DNA from: Dehalococcoidia bacterium
GTDB taxonomy: Bacteria > Chloroflexota > Dehalococcoidia > DSTF01 > CAZFGZ01
Direction: 5' to 3'
DNA: 63,852 nt
NCBI GenBank assembly: GCA_049678585.1
Contig: JBAUEL010000064.1
Coordinates: 1-63,852 of the forward strand
In this document: one piece after another, positions 49,165 to 57,691 of the stretch
Layout: every line of letters begins with the position of its first letter
Numbering within the stretch: position 1 is the stretch's first letter
Program-made: the position numbers and the translations under genes
The notes under the pieces: model-generated
What the model saw: only the letters and a program-made list of their open reading frames with translations
Database searches by the model: none
Told to the model about the DNA's origin: nothing

Positions 49165-49173
49165 TTATAGCAG
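49165..49173 (-). promoter_or_regulatory. extended -10 box (TGcTATAAT) of the pyr operon
   Basis: The minus strand reads tgctataat, about 150 nt upstream of the pyrR ATG. Confidence 0.5.
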
Positions 49174-49332
49174 TGCCGCCAAGCGCCTGCAAGACCTTGT
49201 ACTCGTTGGATTCAACACTCATCATCGGCCTGGCGGGGCAAACACTCAGGGGAGTGCGTGGTGGACACCGGCAGAGGGGTAACCTGACCTGGCTCAAAGC
49301 AGGCCACCAAGTCTTGGAGACGGCTTGGGCGA

Positions 49333-52011
49333 CTAGCCGTCGCTGCGCGGTGCCAGCCTGATTCGGGGTGGGCCCGCCAGGCCATCCTCAGGCGCGACGA
49401 GGGCGGTCACAGCGCCGCCGTCGTAGTACAGGGGAACGAACACGGCACCTCGGGGGACTGCCTCGGTCAGCCGGACGGGCAGGGCCAGCTCTGCCGTGCC
49501 GTTGGCCAGGGTGACCTGCTGGCCTTGGCCGATGCGGAGGTCGGCGGCGTCGGCCGGGTGCACCTCCACGAACTCTTCGCGCTGGAGCTTGTCGGCCTCA
49601 GGCAAGTGGAGGCAGGCGCCCTCCAGGCTGGTGTAGAGGGTACGGCCGGTGAGCAGGGCAAAGGTGCCGTCGGCCGGGGCGATCTCAGGCGCGGCGACGA
49701 GCTGAAGGACGGCACGCTCCGGGGCGGCGCCGTCCAGGGCGCGGCCCTTGCCCCAGAGGATGAAAGCGTCGTAACGGAAGGGGGCATAGGCGGGCACGAC
49801 CTTGCCGATCTCTTCCATGACCGCCGCCGGCCCATCGTAGCTGAACTCCACGCCCGCGGAGAGCCGCGTGCTCAACCGCTGCCCCAGCTCGATGAGAGCC
49901 CGCCAGGCAGGCCGGGCCTCTCCCGGGGCGTCCACCGCCGGCCGCAGGCGCAGCACGCGGCGGTCCGCGCTGGTGAAGGTGCCTTCCCTGGCATAGGCGG
50001 GCACATCGGGCAGGACCACGTGCGCCAGCTTCGCCGTATCCGTGAGCAGGTCATCGATGACGAGCAGGAAGTCCAGCTTACCCAGCGCCTCCCGCACCGT
50101 GCCCTTCGCCGGCGCGAACATGAGCGGGTTGTCCCTTAGCACGACCAGCGCCCTGATGCGCCTTCGCCCGGCGGCCTTGACGATCTGCTGGAACCCCAGC
50201 CCAGGCTTCCCTTCGACCGGCCGGCGACCCGGCAGCAGGTCCGGGACCACGCCCATGTCGCGGGCGCCGTTGACGTTGGCCTCGACAGGCAGGAGGTGAA
50301 GGGAGCGAGCGCCGCCCTCGCGCCCCCGGCAGAGCAGGGCGATGTTGGCCACGGCCCTGGCGGTCTCCCCGGCGGCGACAGCGCCGATGTGGTTAGGCGC
50401 GTAGATGACAGCGAGGCCGGACTCGCGGTCTGCGGCGGCTTGGGCCAGGATAGCGGCGGCGCGCTCCAGGGTCTCGGTCTCGACGCCGGGTACCTTGGGT
50501 GCGCGGGTCACGGCCTCGCTAGCGCTGAGCCCTTCGGCCTCGGCAGCAGCGACAAACTCGTGGCGAGCGGCCAGGGCGGCGGCCAAGGAGGCCACGGCGG
50601 CCGCCTCGCCGCCGGGCTCGGGTCGCAGCCACACCCCTCCGTAGGGCTCGGCGAAGTCACACACCTCGCCGTAGCGGGGGCTGACCACGATGAGCCGCGC
50701 GCCGTTGCGCACCACCGCATCCTTTACCCGCAGGGCGGCGACGTTATGGCTGGACTCCAGGTCGTCGGCCACGACCAGCAGGGTCCTGGCGGAGGCGATG
50801 TCGGCCATGTCCGCCGGGAGGGCCTCCGTGCCGAAGGCCGCGGTCAGGGCCTCGGCGGTAGCCCGCGCCACCGGCCCGACCGTGAAGTCGATGTGCGCGG
50901 AGCCCACGATCTCGCGCGCCAGCTTCTGGAGGAGGTAGTTCTCCTCGTTCGTGGCGAAGGGGGAGCCCAGGAAGGCGATGGCCCCGGGCCCGTGCTGCTC
51001 CCGCAGTTGGGCCAGGCGTTCTGCGGCCGTTTCCAGCGCCTCCTCCCAGGAGGAGGGCGCGAGAATCTGATCCCGCCGTAGCAGGGGGCGGGAGAGGTGT
51101 TCGCTGTCCTTGATGGCGTCGTAGTGGAAGCGGCCGCGCACGCAGATCTGGTCATCGCTGACGGGGTTCAGGCGATCAGGCTTGACGATGACCGCCCTGC
51201 CGTCGCGGACGCCCATGCTGATGGTGCAGCCAACGCTGCAGGAGTTGCAGGTGGTGGACACCCAATCCTCGGTGCGGGCGATCCACTTGTTGGGCTTCTC
51301 CATGAGGGTGGCGGTGGGGCAGACGTCGAGGCAGGCGCCGCAGAAGTCGCAGTTGGACTCGTGGACGGCGCCGCCCACCCCGAAGGCGATGCGCGTCTCG
51401 TAACCCCTGCAAGCCAGGGTGATGGCACCGGTGTGGCGGATGTCATGGCAGGCGCGCACGCAGCGGGTGCAGATGATGCACATCTGGGGGTCGAACTCCA
51501 GGAAGGGGTTGACGCGGTCCGGCTCGGGCGGCTCCTTCTGGTAGTAGGTGCGCTCCTCCCCCTCCCAGGGCTCGTAGCTCTCCATCTTCAGGAGTTCGTT
51601 GGTGGTCTGGAGCTCGCAGCGATAGTTCTTGGCGCAGGTCACGCAGCGATGGGTCACCACGTCATCGCGCAGGCAGATGTCGCCGGGCATGCACCTGACG
51701 CGGCGGTGGCAGGTGAGGCAGCGGTCGGAGTGATTGGCGTTGATGATGGAGAGGACTGCCTGGCGGGCCTCCCTCACCTCCGGAGTATCCGTGCGCACGA
51801 CCATGCCATCGCGCACCTGGGTGGTGCAGGCGAGCTGGAGGCCGGGCGCGCCCTCGATCTCCACCAGGCAGGTGCGGCAGCCCGCGTAAGGCGGCAGGCC
51901 ATCGATGTAGCAGAGATCGGAGATGTAGAAGCCGTTCTGCTTGATGACCTCGACGAGGGGGGCGCCCTCGGGCGCCTCGATCTCCCGGCGGTTGATGGTG
52001 AGCTTGGCCAC
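49333..52011 (-). CDS. nuoG: NADH-quinone oxidoreductase subunit G-like (2Fe-2S/4Fe-4S N-terminus plus molybdopterin-oxidoreductase fold)
   Basis: CYIDGLPPYAGCRTC (2Fe-2S), HSDRCLTCHRRVRC, CIICTRCVRAC and CDFCGACLDVCP clusters, followed by a roughly 600-aa MopB-like domain. Confidence 0.8.
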   Translation of the reverse strand: MAKLTINRREIEAPEGAPLVEVIKQNGFYISDLCYIDGLPPYAGCRTCLVEIEGAPGLQLACTTQVRDGMVVRTDTPEVREARQAVLSIINANHSDRCLTCHRRVRCMPGDICLRDDVVTHRCVTCAKNYRCELQTTNELLKMESYEPWEGEERTYYQKEPPEPDRVNPFLEFDPQMCIICTRCVRACHDIRHTGAITLACRGYETRIAFGVGGAVHESNCDFCGACLDVCPTATLMEKPNKWIARTEDWVSTTCNSCSVGCTISMGVRDGRAVIVKPDRLNPVSDDQICVRGRFHYDAIKDSEHLSRPLLRRDQILAPSSWEEALETAAERLAQLREQHGPGAIAFLGSPFATNEENYLLQKLAREIVGSAHIDFTVGPVARATAEALTAAFGTEALPADMADIASARTLLVVADDLESSHNVAALRVKDAVVRNGARLIVVSPRYGEVCDFAEPYGGVWLRPEPGGEAAAVASLAAALAARHEFVAAAEAEGLSASEAVTRAPKVPGVETETLERAAAILAQAAADRESGLAVIYAPNHIGAVAAGETARAVANIALLCRGREGGARSLHLLPVEANVNGARDMGVVPDLLPGRRPVEGKPGLGFQQIVKAAGRRRIRALVVLRDNPLMFAPAKGTVREALGKLDFLLVIDDLLTDTAKLAHVVLPDVPAYAREGTFTSADRRVLRLRPAVDAPGEARPAWRALIELGQRLSTRLSAGVEFSYDGPAAVMEEIGKVVPAYAPFRYDAFILWGKGRALDGAAPERAVLQLVAAPEIAPADGTFALLTGRTLYTSLEGACLHLPEADKLQREEFVEVHPADAADLRIGQGQQVTLANGTAELALPVRLTEAVPRGAVFVPLYYDGGAVTALVAPEDGLAGPPRIRLAPRSDG

Positions 52012-52013
52012 GG

Positions 52014-52508
52014 CTATTCCCTGATGCTGGCGGTCTCCTGGGCTTGAACCAACTCTATGACCTCCCGCGGGGCCCGCTCCCCGTGGGGATAGGTGAAATC
52101 GTGCTCCCTCAGGTACTCGTGGGCCATTCTGGTGAGGGCGTGCTTATCCCGGTACAGGTAGTGGAGGTCGTACACCACGTCTTCGACGGGCCCGCCGGGC
52201 TGGATGGCCTGGTACGGGCAGGCCTCGGTGCAGAGGCCGCAGTACATGCAGATACGGAAGTCGATCTCGTAGCGGTCCTTGTTCAGGGAACCGTTCTCAG
52301 CGGGGGAGGTGGCCACCAGGATGCAGCCGTCGGGGCAGGCCTGGGCGCAGGTGGAGCAGCCGGTGCAGCGCTCCTCGAACCAGAGGAGACTGGTGCGGGC
52401 CCGTGGAGGGATGGGACGCATCTCCTCCGGGTACTGGACGGTAAAGGGGGGCCGGATGAGGTGCTTAAGGGTGGTGAAAAGGCCCTTGGCGATGCCCAGT
52501 CCGTACAC
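52014..52508 (-). CDS. nuoI: NADH-quinone oxidoreductase subunit I (2x[4Fe-4S] ferredoxin)
   Basis: TVQYPEE...CTGCSTCAQACP...CMYCGLCTEACP. Confidence 0.85.
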   Translation of the reverse strand: MYGLGIAKGLFTTLKHLIRPPFTVQYPEEMRPIPPRARTSLLWFEERCTGCSTCAQACPDGCILVATSPAENGSLNKDRYEIDFRICMYCGLCTEACPYQAIQPGGPVEDVVYDLHYLYRDKHALTRMAHEYLREHDFTYPHGERAPREVIELVQAQETASIRE

Positions 52509-52673
52509 GGGAATCCCTTCTAGTTGCGCCGGGTCAAGGATAGCGGGAGCACGCCCTATGGGGAAGGTCCATGAGTAGGGCTTTGCGAGATTCTGCTACT
52601 CTCACTCAGTTTATTTAGCGAGTCAGGCGTCGCCGAGCAGAGCAGGCGCCGATGGGCAGCAGGCGAAAGGCCC

Positions 52674-53432
52674 TCACAAGCGGAAGGTGGCGAAGTCTTC
52701 GGCGATGAGCACGCCTTCCAGCCCCAGGTCGGCTCGGCCGGCGTCCAGGTGGGTGAGGATGAAGGTGGTGCGGGGCGAAATTCGCCTGCGCAACTCGACG
52801 ATGTCTTCAGGGGCGAGATGTGGCCCACAGGAGCCCTTCCAGCAGGAGCACTCCACCACGAAGGCGTCGGCGCCGTCGGCCAGTTCGACCAGAGCGTCGC
52901 AGAAGGTGGAGTCGCCGGAGTAGGCGACGACCCGGTCGCCTATCTGCACCCGAAACCCGTAGCACTCCAGCTCCGAGGAGTGCTCCACCCGCAGGGCCTT
53001 GAAGTTGAGGCTGTCGTCGGCCAGCGGCAGGCACTCCTCATGGCCGTCGGCCACCTCCAGGTAGCGGAGGCGGTATCCCGCGTCCTTGTGCGCGACCTTG
53101 GGGAACCCCACCTCGGTGATGAGCTCTACCCGCTGCCGGATGCCCCGCGGGCCTACAACGGTTAGGTCCCTGGTCCGTGGCGTGACTTCGGCGAACTCCA
53201 GCAGGAGGAAGGGAAGCCCGAAGAGGTGGTCGCCATGGAAGTGGCTGATGAAGGCCACCTCGATGTCCTCGGGGGGGAGGCCCATCTTATTGAGGTGGGG
53301 GACCACGGTGGGAGGGGCATCGAAGAGGTAGCGACCGTTGAGGAGGAAAGAGCTCCAGTAGCGATCGCGGGCGAAAGCGTTGCCTGAACCGATGAAGGCG
53401 AATTCCAGGGGGTGGTGACGGGATGAGGGCAT
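52674..53432 (-). CDS. MBL-fold metallo-hydrolase (RNase Z/ElaC-like)
   Basis: The HFHGDH motif and an overall length of about 250 aa fit a beta-lactamase fold. Confidence 0.8.
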   Translation of the reverse strand: MPSSRHHPLEFAFIGSGNAFARDRYWSSFLLNGRYLFDAPPTVVPHLNKMGLPPEDIEVAFISHFHGDHLFGLPFLLLEFAEVTPRTRDLTVVGPRGIRQRVELITEVGFPKVAHKDAGYRLRYLEVADGHEECLPLADDSLNFKALRVEHSSELECYGFRVQIGDRVVAYSGDSTFCDALVELADGADAFVVECSCWKGSCGPHLAPEDIVELRRRISPRTTFILTHLDAGRADLGLEGVLIAEDFATFRL

Positions 53433-53598
53433 GGAGACGGCTCCTGGTTGTTGAACCCGGCGAAGGCCGCCCCAGGGGCAGCCTTAATTTATACACCATG
53501 GGGGCGTTAGGCTGAAGGGCCTTCATACATTGCGCCGCGCGTACCCGGTGGACGATAATATTGGCACGTGGAGCGAGACTCGGGGCTGGAACGGCTCT

Positions 53599-54891
53599 AT
53601 GAGCGACAAACGGACCCCGCAGGGACGTCCCATCGATTCGACCATGCACCACTCGGAGAAGGCGGACCAGGACACCCCCCCGAAGCCCTCGCTGGCCGCG
53701 GTGGACTTCGACCGGACTCCCTTTACCTTAGCCTGGGAGGTCACCCGGGCCTGCGCCCTCAAGTGCGTCCACTGTCGCGCCGAGGCCCAGCCCAAGCGCG
53801 ACCCCCGCGAGCTCAACACGGAGGAAGGCTTCCGCCTCATTGACCGCGTTGTGGAGATCGGTGGGCCCATCCTGATCATCACCGGCGGCGATCCCATGAT
53901 GCGCCCCGACCTCTTCGAGCTCATCCACTACGCCAGCGACGCCGGCCTGCGCGTGGCCTTCTCTCCCAGCGCCACCTCCCTGGTGACCCGCCAGCGCCTT
54001 CGCAAGGCCCGCGACGCCGGGGTCAGCCGCACCCATATCAGCCTGGACGGAGCCACCGCCGAAAGTCACGACAGCTTCCGCCAGAGCCCCGGCTCTTTCC
54101 GGCGCACCATGGAGATAATGAACGACCTGCGGGACCTGGGGATGTCCCTGCAGATCGGCACCACGGTCAGCCGCTACAACCTCCATGAGCTGGACCAGAT
54201 CGCCGACATCGCCGCCCAATACGGCGCGGTCATGTTCAACGTGTTCTTCCTGGTGCCCACCGGCCGTGGCAGCCACGACGATGTGATCTCACCCGAGGAG
54301 CACGAGCAGGTCTTCCACTGGATGTATGACCTCTCCAAGACCGCCCCCTTCGACGTGCGCAGCACCGCCGCCCAGCACTACCGCCGGGTGGTCATCCAGC
54401 GCCGCCAGCAGGAGCAGGCCGAGGCCGCCCGCGGGCAGGGGGCCGCGTCCAGCGGCCCTGCCGACAGCATCTATCTCACCGGCGCCGGCTTCAGCTTCGC
54501 CGATGGCCTGGGCCAGTCAGCCATGAAAGGGGTCAACGACGGCAACGGCTTCGCCTTCGTCAGCCACATCGGCGATGTGTACCCCTCTGGGTTCCTCCAG
54601 CTACCGGCAGGCAACGTCCGCAGGCAGTCCTTCGTGGACATTTACCGCCACTCGCCCCTCTTCCGAGACCTGCGCGACTATTCCAAGCTCAAGGGCAAGT
54701 GCGGGCTGTGCGACTTCCGGGACGTCTGCGGGGGCTCCCGAGCCCGTGCCTTTGGCGTCACCGGCGACTACCTGGAATCGGAGCCCTACTGCGTCTACGT
54801 CTCCCCCGCCGCACGCGAGGCGGGCGTGGGCGCGCCCGCGCCGCCCAAACCCGCCGGCAGCCCTCACATCCCGTCGACTGTGCGGGACTAG
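53599..54891 (+). CDS. radical SAM/SPASM protein, NirJ/AhbC/AhbD-like
   Basis: CALKCVHC (CX3CX2C) and a C-terminal SPASM region ...KGKCGLCDFRDVCGGSRA. Adjacent to siroheme-decarboxylase-like genes. The ATG at 53599 is preferred. Confidence 0.75.
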   Translation: MSDKRTPQGRPIDSTMHHSEKADQDTPPKPSLAAVDFDRTPFTLAWEVTRACALKCVHCRAEAQPKRDPRELNTEEGFRLIDRVVEIGGPILIITGGDPMMRPDLFELIHYASDAGLRVAFSPSATSLVTRQRLRKARDAGVSRTHISLDGATAESHDSFRQSPGSFRRTMEIMNDLRDLGMSLQIGTTVSRYNLHELDQIADIAAQYGAVMFNVFFLVPTGRGSHDDVISPEEHEQVFHWMYDLSKTAPFDVRSTAAQHYRRVVIQRRQQEQAEAARGQGAASSGPADSIYLTGAGFSFADGLGQSAMKGVNDGNGFAFVSHIGDVYPSGFLQLPAGNVRRQSFVDIYRHSPLFRDLRDYSKLKGKCGLCDFRDVCGGSRARAFGVTGDYLESEPYCVYVSPAAREAGVGAPAPPKPAGSPHIPSTVRD

Positions 54892-54901
54892 TCGACAGGC
54901 C

Positions 54902-55375
54902 ATGGCCATCAAGCTGGACCGCGGCGACCGCATCCTCCTGAATCACGCCCAGGGCGACTTCCCCGTGTGCCCGCGCCCCTTCCGGAAGCTGGGAGAGCGC
55001 ATGGGCATGAGCGAAGAGGAGGTGCTGTCACGCCTGCGACGGCTGGTGGATGCGGGCGCCATCAGCCGCTTCGGGCCCATCCTGGACGCTCCCCGGCTGG
55101 GCGGCGAACGAACCCTAGTCGCCATGCACGTACCTCCAGAGCGCTTCGACGAGGTGGCCGACTTCATCAACAAGCTGCCGTCTATCTCCCACAACTACGA
55201 GCGCGAGCATCACCTCAACCTGTGGTTCGTCATCTCCTCGGAGGACGAGACGGAGATCGCCCGCACCCTCCGGACCATCGAGGAGAAGACCAGCCTGGAG
55301 GTCCTGAACCTGCCCTCGGAGGAGGAGTACTTCCTAGAGGTCAGGTTCCAGTTCCCGGTGGACGATGCTGACTGA
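54902..55375 (+). CDS. ahbA: siroheme decarboxylase subunit-like (AsnC/Lrp-type, NirD/L or AhbA-like)
   Basis: LDRGDRILLNHAQGDFPVCPRPFRKLGERMGMSEEEVLSRLRRLVDAGAISRFGP...ISHNYEREHHLNLWF. Confidence 0.7.
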   Translation: MAIKLDRGDRILLNHAQGDFPVCPRPFRKLGERMGMSEEEVLSRLRRLVDAGAISRFGPILDAPRLGGERTLVAMHVPPERFDEVADFINKLPSISHNYEREHHLNLWFVISSEDETEIARTLRTIEEKTSLEVLNLPSEEEYFLEVRFQFPVDDAD

Positions 55376-55844
55376 CCAAGAGCGCCAACTCCTTCTAGCC
55401 ATCCAGGACGGCCTTCCCCTGGTGCCTCGGCCCTACGCTGAGGTGGCCGAGCGCATCGGGACCAACGAGGAGCGGGTGCTGGAGCTGGTCGTTTCCCTCC
55501 TCCAGCGGGGCGCGATCAAGCGTATCGGCGCCGTCCCCAATCCCCACGCCCTGGGCATCACCGCCAACGGCATGGCCGTGTGGGACGTGCCCGACGAGCG
55601 GGCCAGCGAGGTGGGGAGACGCCTCGGCCGCATGCCCGAGGTCACCCACTGCTATCGGCGGCCCCGTCGCCCGCCCGCCTGGCCATACAACCTCTTCGCC
55701 ATGATCCATGGGCGCAGCCGCCAGGAGGTGCAGGAGATCGTCGCGCGCATCAGCGAGGAGCTAAACATCGCCGGCCATCCGCACGAGGTCCTGTTCAGCA
55801 CGCGCCTGCTAAAGAAGCGGGGCACGCGGCTCACCTCGCCCTAG
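55365..55844 (+). CDS. ahbB: siroheme decarboxylase subunit-like (NirG/H or AhbB-like)
   Basis: ERQLLLAIQDGLPLVPRPYAEVAERIGTNEERVLELVVSLLQRGAIKRIGAV...VTHCYRRP...YNLFAMIH. Overlaps the previous gene by 11 nt. Confidence 0.7.
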   Translation: MLTDQERQLLLAIQDGLPLVPRPYAEVAERIGTNEERVLELVVSLLQRGAIKRIGAVPNPHALGITANGMAVWDVPDERASEVGRRLGRMPEVTHCYRRPRRPPAWPYNLFAMIHGRSRQEVQEIVARISEELNIAGHPHEVLFSTRLLKKRGTRLTSP

Positions 55845-55983
55845 CAGGGTGCCGAAAACTCCCGCCGTCGGCGGTACAGGAGGCATCCAACATGGGCACC
55901 TTCGCCCTCGCCCACATCGACGGATATCCCTTCCTGGTGCGAACGGTTCCCCTGGCTGTGTGCCTAGCACCCGCGCCCGTGGT

Positions 55984-56012
55984 TTGACATCGACGCTCCC
56001 CTGCGCTACTAT
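55984..56012 (+). promoter_or_regulatory. sigma-70-like promoter (TTGACA-17-TACTAT) of the riboswitch-glgC transcript
   Basis: ttgaca at 55984-55989, 17-nt spacer, tactat at 56007-56012. Confidence 0.6.
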
Positions 56013-56023
56013 GCAGCCAAGCA

Positions 56024-56180
56024 CTGCCAATCGAATAGAGAGCGGTTTTATTGGCCGAATTCCCTGAGAAAGGGAAGCGGGGGACCCATATTCTGGGGTG
56101 AATCTCCCGGCTCGTCCGGCGAGTAGGGCAAGTTCTCCCAGCCCGAACCCGTCAGCTAACCCCGTAGGCACATAGGGAGG
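56024..56180 (+). promoter_or_regulatory. candidate c-di-AMP riboswitch (ydaO-yuaA type), copy 1
   Basis: ...ccaatcgaatagagagcgg...gccgaattccctgagaaagggaagcgggggacccatattctggggtgaatctcccggctcgtccggcgagtagggcaag...cagcccgaacccgtcagctaaccccgtaggcacatagg. It has the same conserved blocks as copy 2, with different stem sequences. Confidence 0.75.
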
Positions 56181-56198
56181 CCTGTCCCGCGCGCATTG

Positions 56199-56232
56199 CG
56201 AGCCCGGGCGTCGGCCTTGGGCTCGTTTTCTT
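56199..56232 (+). terminator. intrinsic terminator (riboswitch expression platform)
   Basis: cgagccc-gggcgtcggcctt-gggctcg followed by ttttctt. It lies about 65 nt upstream of glgC. Confidence 0.7.
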
Positions 56233-56292
56233 AGCTGCGCGTGTTCCCCCGACCATCGGCTGTCCGCTGCTCAGACCACGCAGTGACGGGAG

Positions 56293-57588
56293 GTGACTGC
56301 GATGGAAAAAGTTATCGCCATGATCCTCGCAGGAGGCGAGGGTGACCGGCTGAGTGTCCTCTCGGAGGAGCGCGCCAAGCCTGCGGTGACCTTCGGTGGG
56401 CGCTACCGCGTCATTGACTTCACCCTGAGCAACTGCGTCAACTCGGGCATCACCCGGGTGGGGGTGCTGACCCAGTATCGGCCCCGCTCCCTGAACGAGC
56501 ACATCGGTATCGGTCGCCCCTGGGACCTGGACCGGGGCGGCGCCGTCTCCCTCCTCCAGCCCTACCTGGGCCGGGAGAGCTCGGACTGGTATTCTGGCAC
56601 CGCCGACGCCGTCCACCAGAACCTCTACTTCGTTGAGGAGTCACAGGCCGAACAGGTGATCATCCTGGCAGGCGACCACGTCTACAAGATGGCCTATGAC
56701 GAACTCATCGCCTTCCATCGCTCCCAGGGGGCCGACGTGACCATCGCCGTCTATCAGGTGCCCCCAGATGAGGCCAGCCGCTATGGCGTCATCACCTATG
56801 ATGACACCGATGCGATCATCGCCTTCGACGAGAAGCCCACAGAGCCGCGCTCTAACCGGGCCTCCATGGGTGTCTACGTCTTCAACAAAGACGTGCTCAT
56901 AGAGCGACTGGTGGCAGACGCGCAGGAACCCACCACCCACGACTTCGGCCACGATATCATCCCCGCCATGGTGGGAGACCCCTGCTACAGACTGTGCGGC
57001 TATCGGTTTAAGGGGTACTGGCGGGACGTGGGCACCATCGAGTCCTACTTCAACGCCAACATGGACCTGCTGGAGGACACGCCAGAGCTGGACCTGTACG
57101 ACCCTGAAACCCTCGTTCGTACCCAGATGACCGCCCTGCCCCCGGCCCGCATCGGCCGCCGCGCCTACCTCAGCCGCTCCCTGGTCGACCTTGGCTGCGT
57201 CATCGAAGGGCATGTGGAGCACTCGGTTCTCTCCCCCGGCGTGCACGTGGAGGAGGGAGCGGTCGTGCGAGACGCCATCATCTTCGAGGGCTGCCACATC
57301 GAATCGGGCGCTATCATCGACCATTCCATCTTGGACAAGGAGGTCCAAGTCGGCAAGAACTGCTATGTCGGCTACGGAGATGACTTCTCCCCCAACAGGG
57401 ACCGTCCAGACATCGTCCACTGCGGCATCACCATCGTGGGCAAGCGGGCCCAGTTGTCCGCATCCACCCGCGTAGGGCACAACTGCGTCATCGGCCCAAG
57501 CGTGGTGGTGGAAGGCATCGAGGACAACTACATCCCCAGCGGAGAAACCCTCCGCGTGCCACCCGAGAAGGTCCCCTATTCGGTGTAG
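56293..57588 (+). CDS. glgC: glucose-1-phosphate adenylyltransferase
   Basis: [12 protein letters not shown] (G-rich loop), [20 protein letters not shown] and a C-terminal left-handed beta-helix region. The ATG at 56302, with GGGAGG 8 nt upstream, is the likelier start. Confidence 0.92.
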   Translation: MTAMEKVIAMILAGGEGDRLSVLSEERAKPAVTFGGRYRVIDFTLSNCVNSGITRVGVLTQYRPRSLNEHIGIGRPWDLDRGGAVSLLQPYLGRESSDWYSGTADAVHQNLYFVEESQAEQVIILAGDHVYKMAYDELIAFHRSQGADVTIAVYQVPPDEASRYGVITYDDTDAIIAFDEKPTEPRSNRASMGVYVFNKDVLIERLVADAQEPTTHDFGHDIIPAMVGDPCYRLCGYRFKGYWRDVGTIESYFNANMDLLEDTPELDLYDPETLVRTQMTALPPARIGRRAYLSRSLVDLGCVIEGHVEHSVLSPGVHVEEGAVVRDAIIFEGCHIESGAIIDHSILDKEVQVGKNCYVGYGDDFSPNRDRPDIVHCGITIVGKRAQLSASTRVGHNCVIGPSVVVEGIEDNYIPSGETLRVPPEKVPYSV

Positions 57589-57606
57589 TGCCTGGTCCGC
57601 CCCAAG

Positions 57607-57634
57607 TTGACACCACCCCGCCTTCCGATATGAT
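57607..57634 (+). promoter_or_regulatory. promoter candidate (TTGACA-16-TATGAT) upstream of tldD
   Basis: ttgaca at 57607-57612, 16-nt spacer, tatgat at 57629-57634. Confidence 0.5.
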
Positions 57635-57691
57635 GACGGCGTACATCGCTGTCTGTGGGCATCTTTCGTCTCTTCACAGAGGAGTGTAGCC

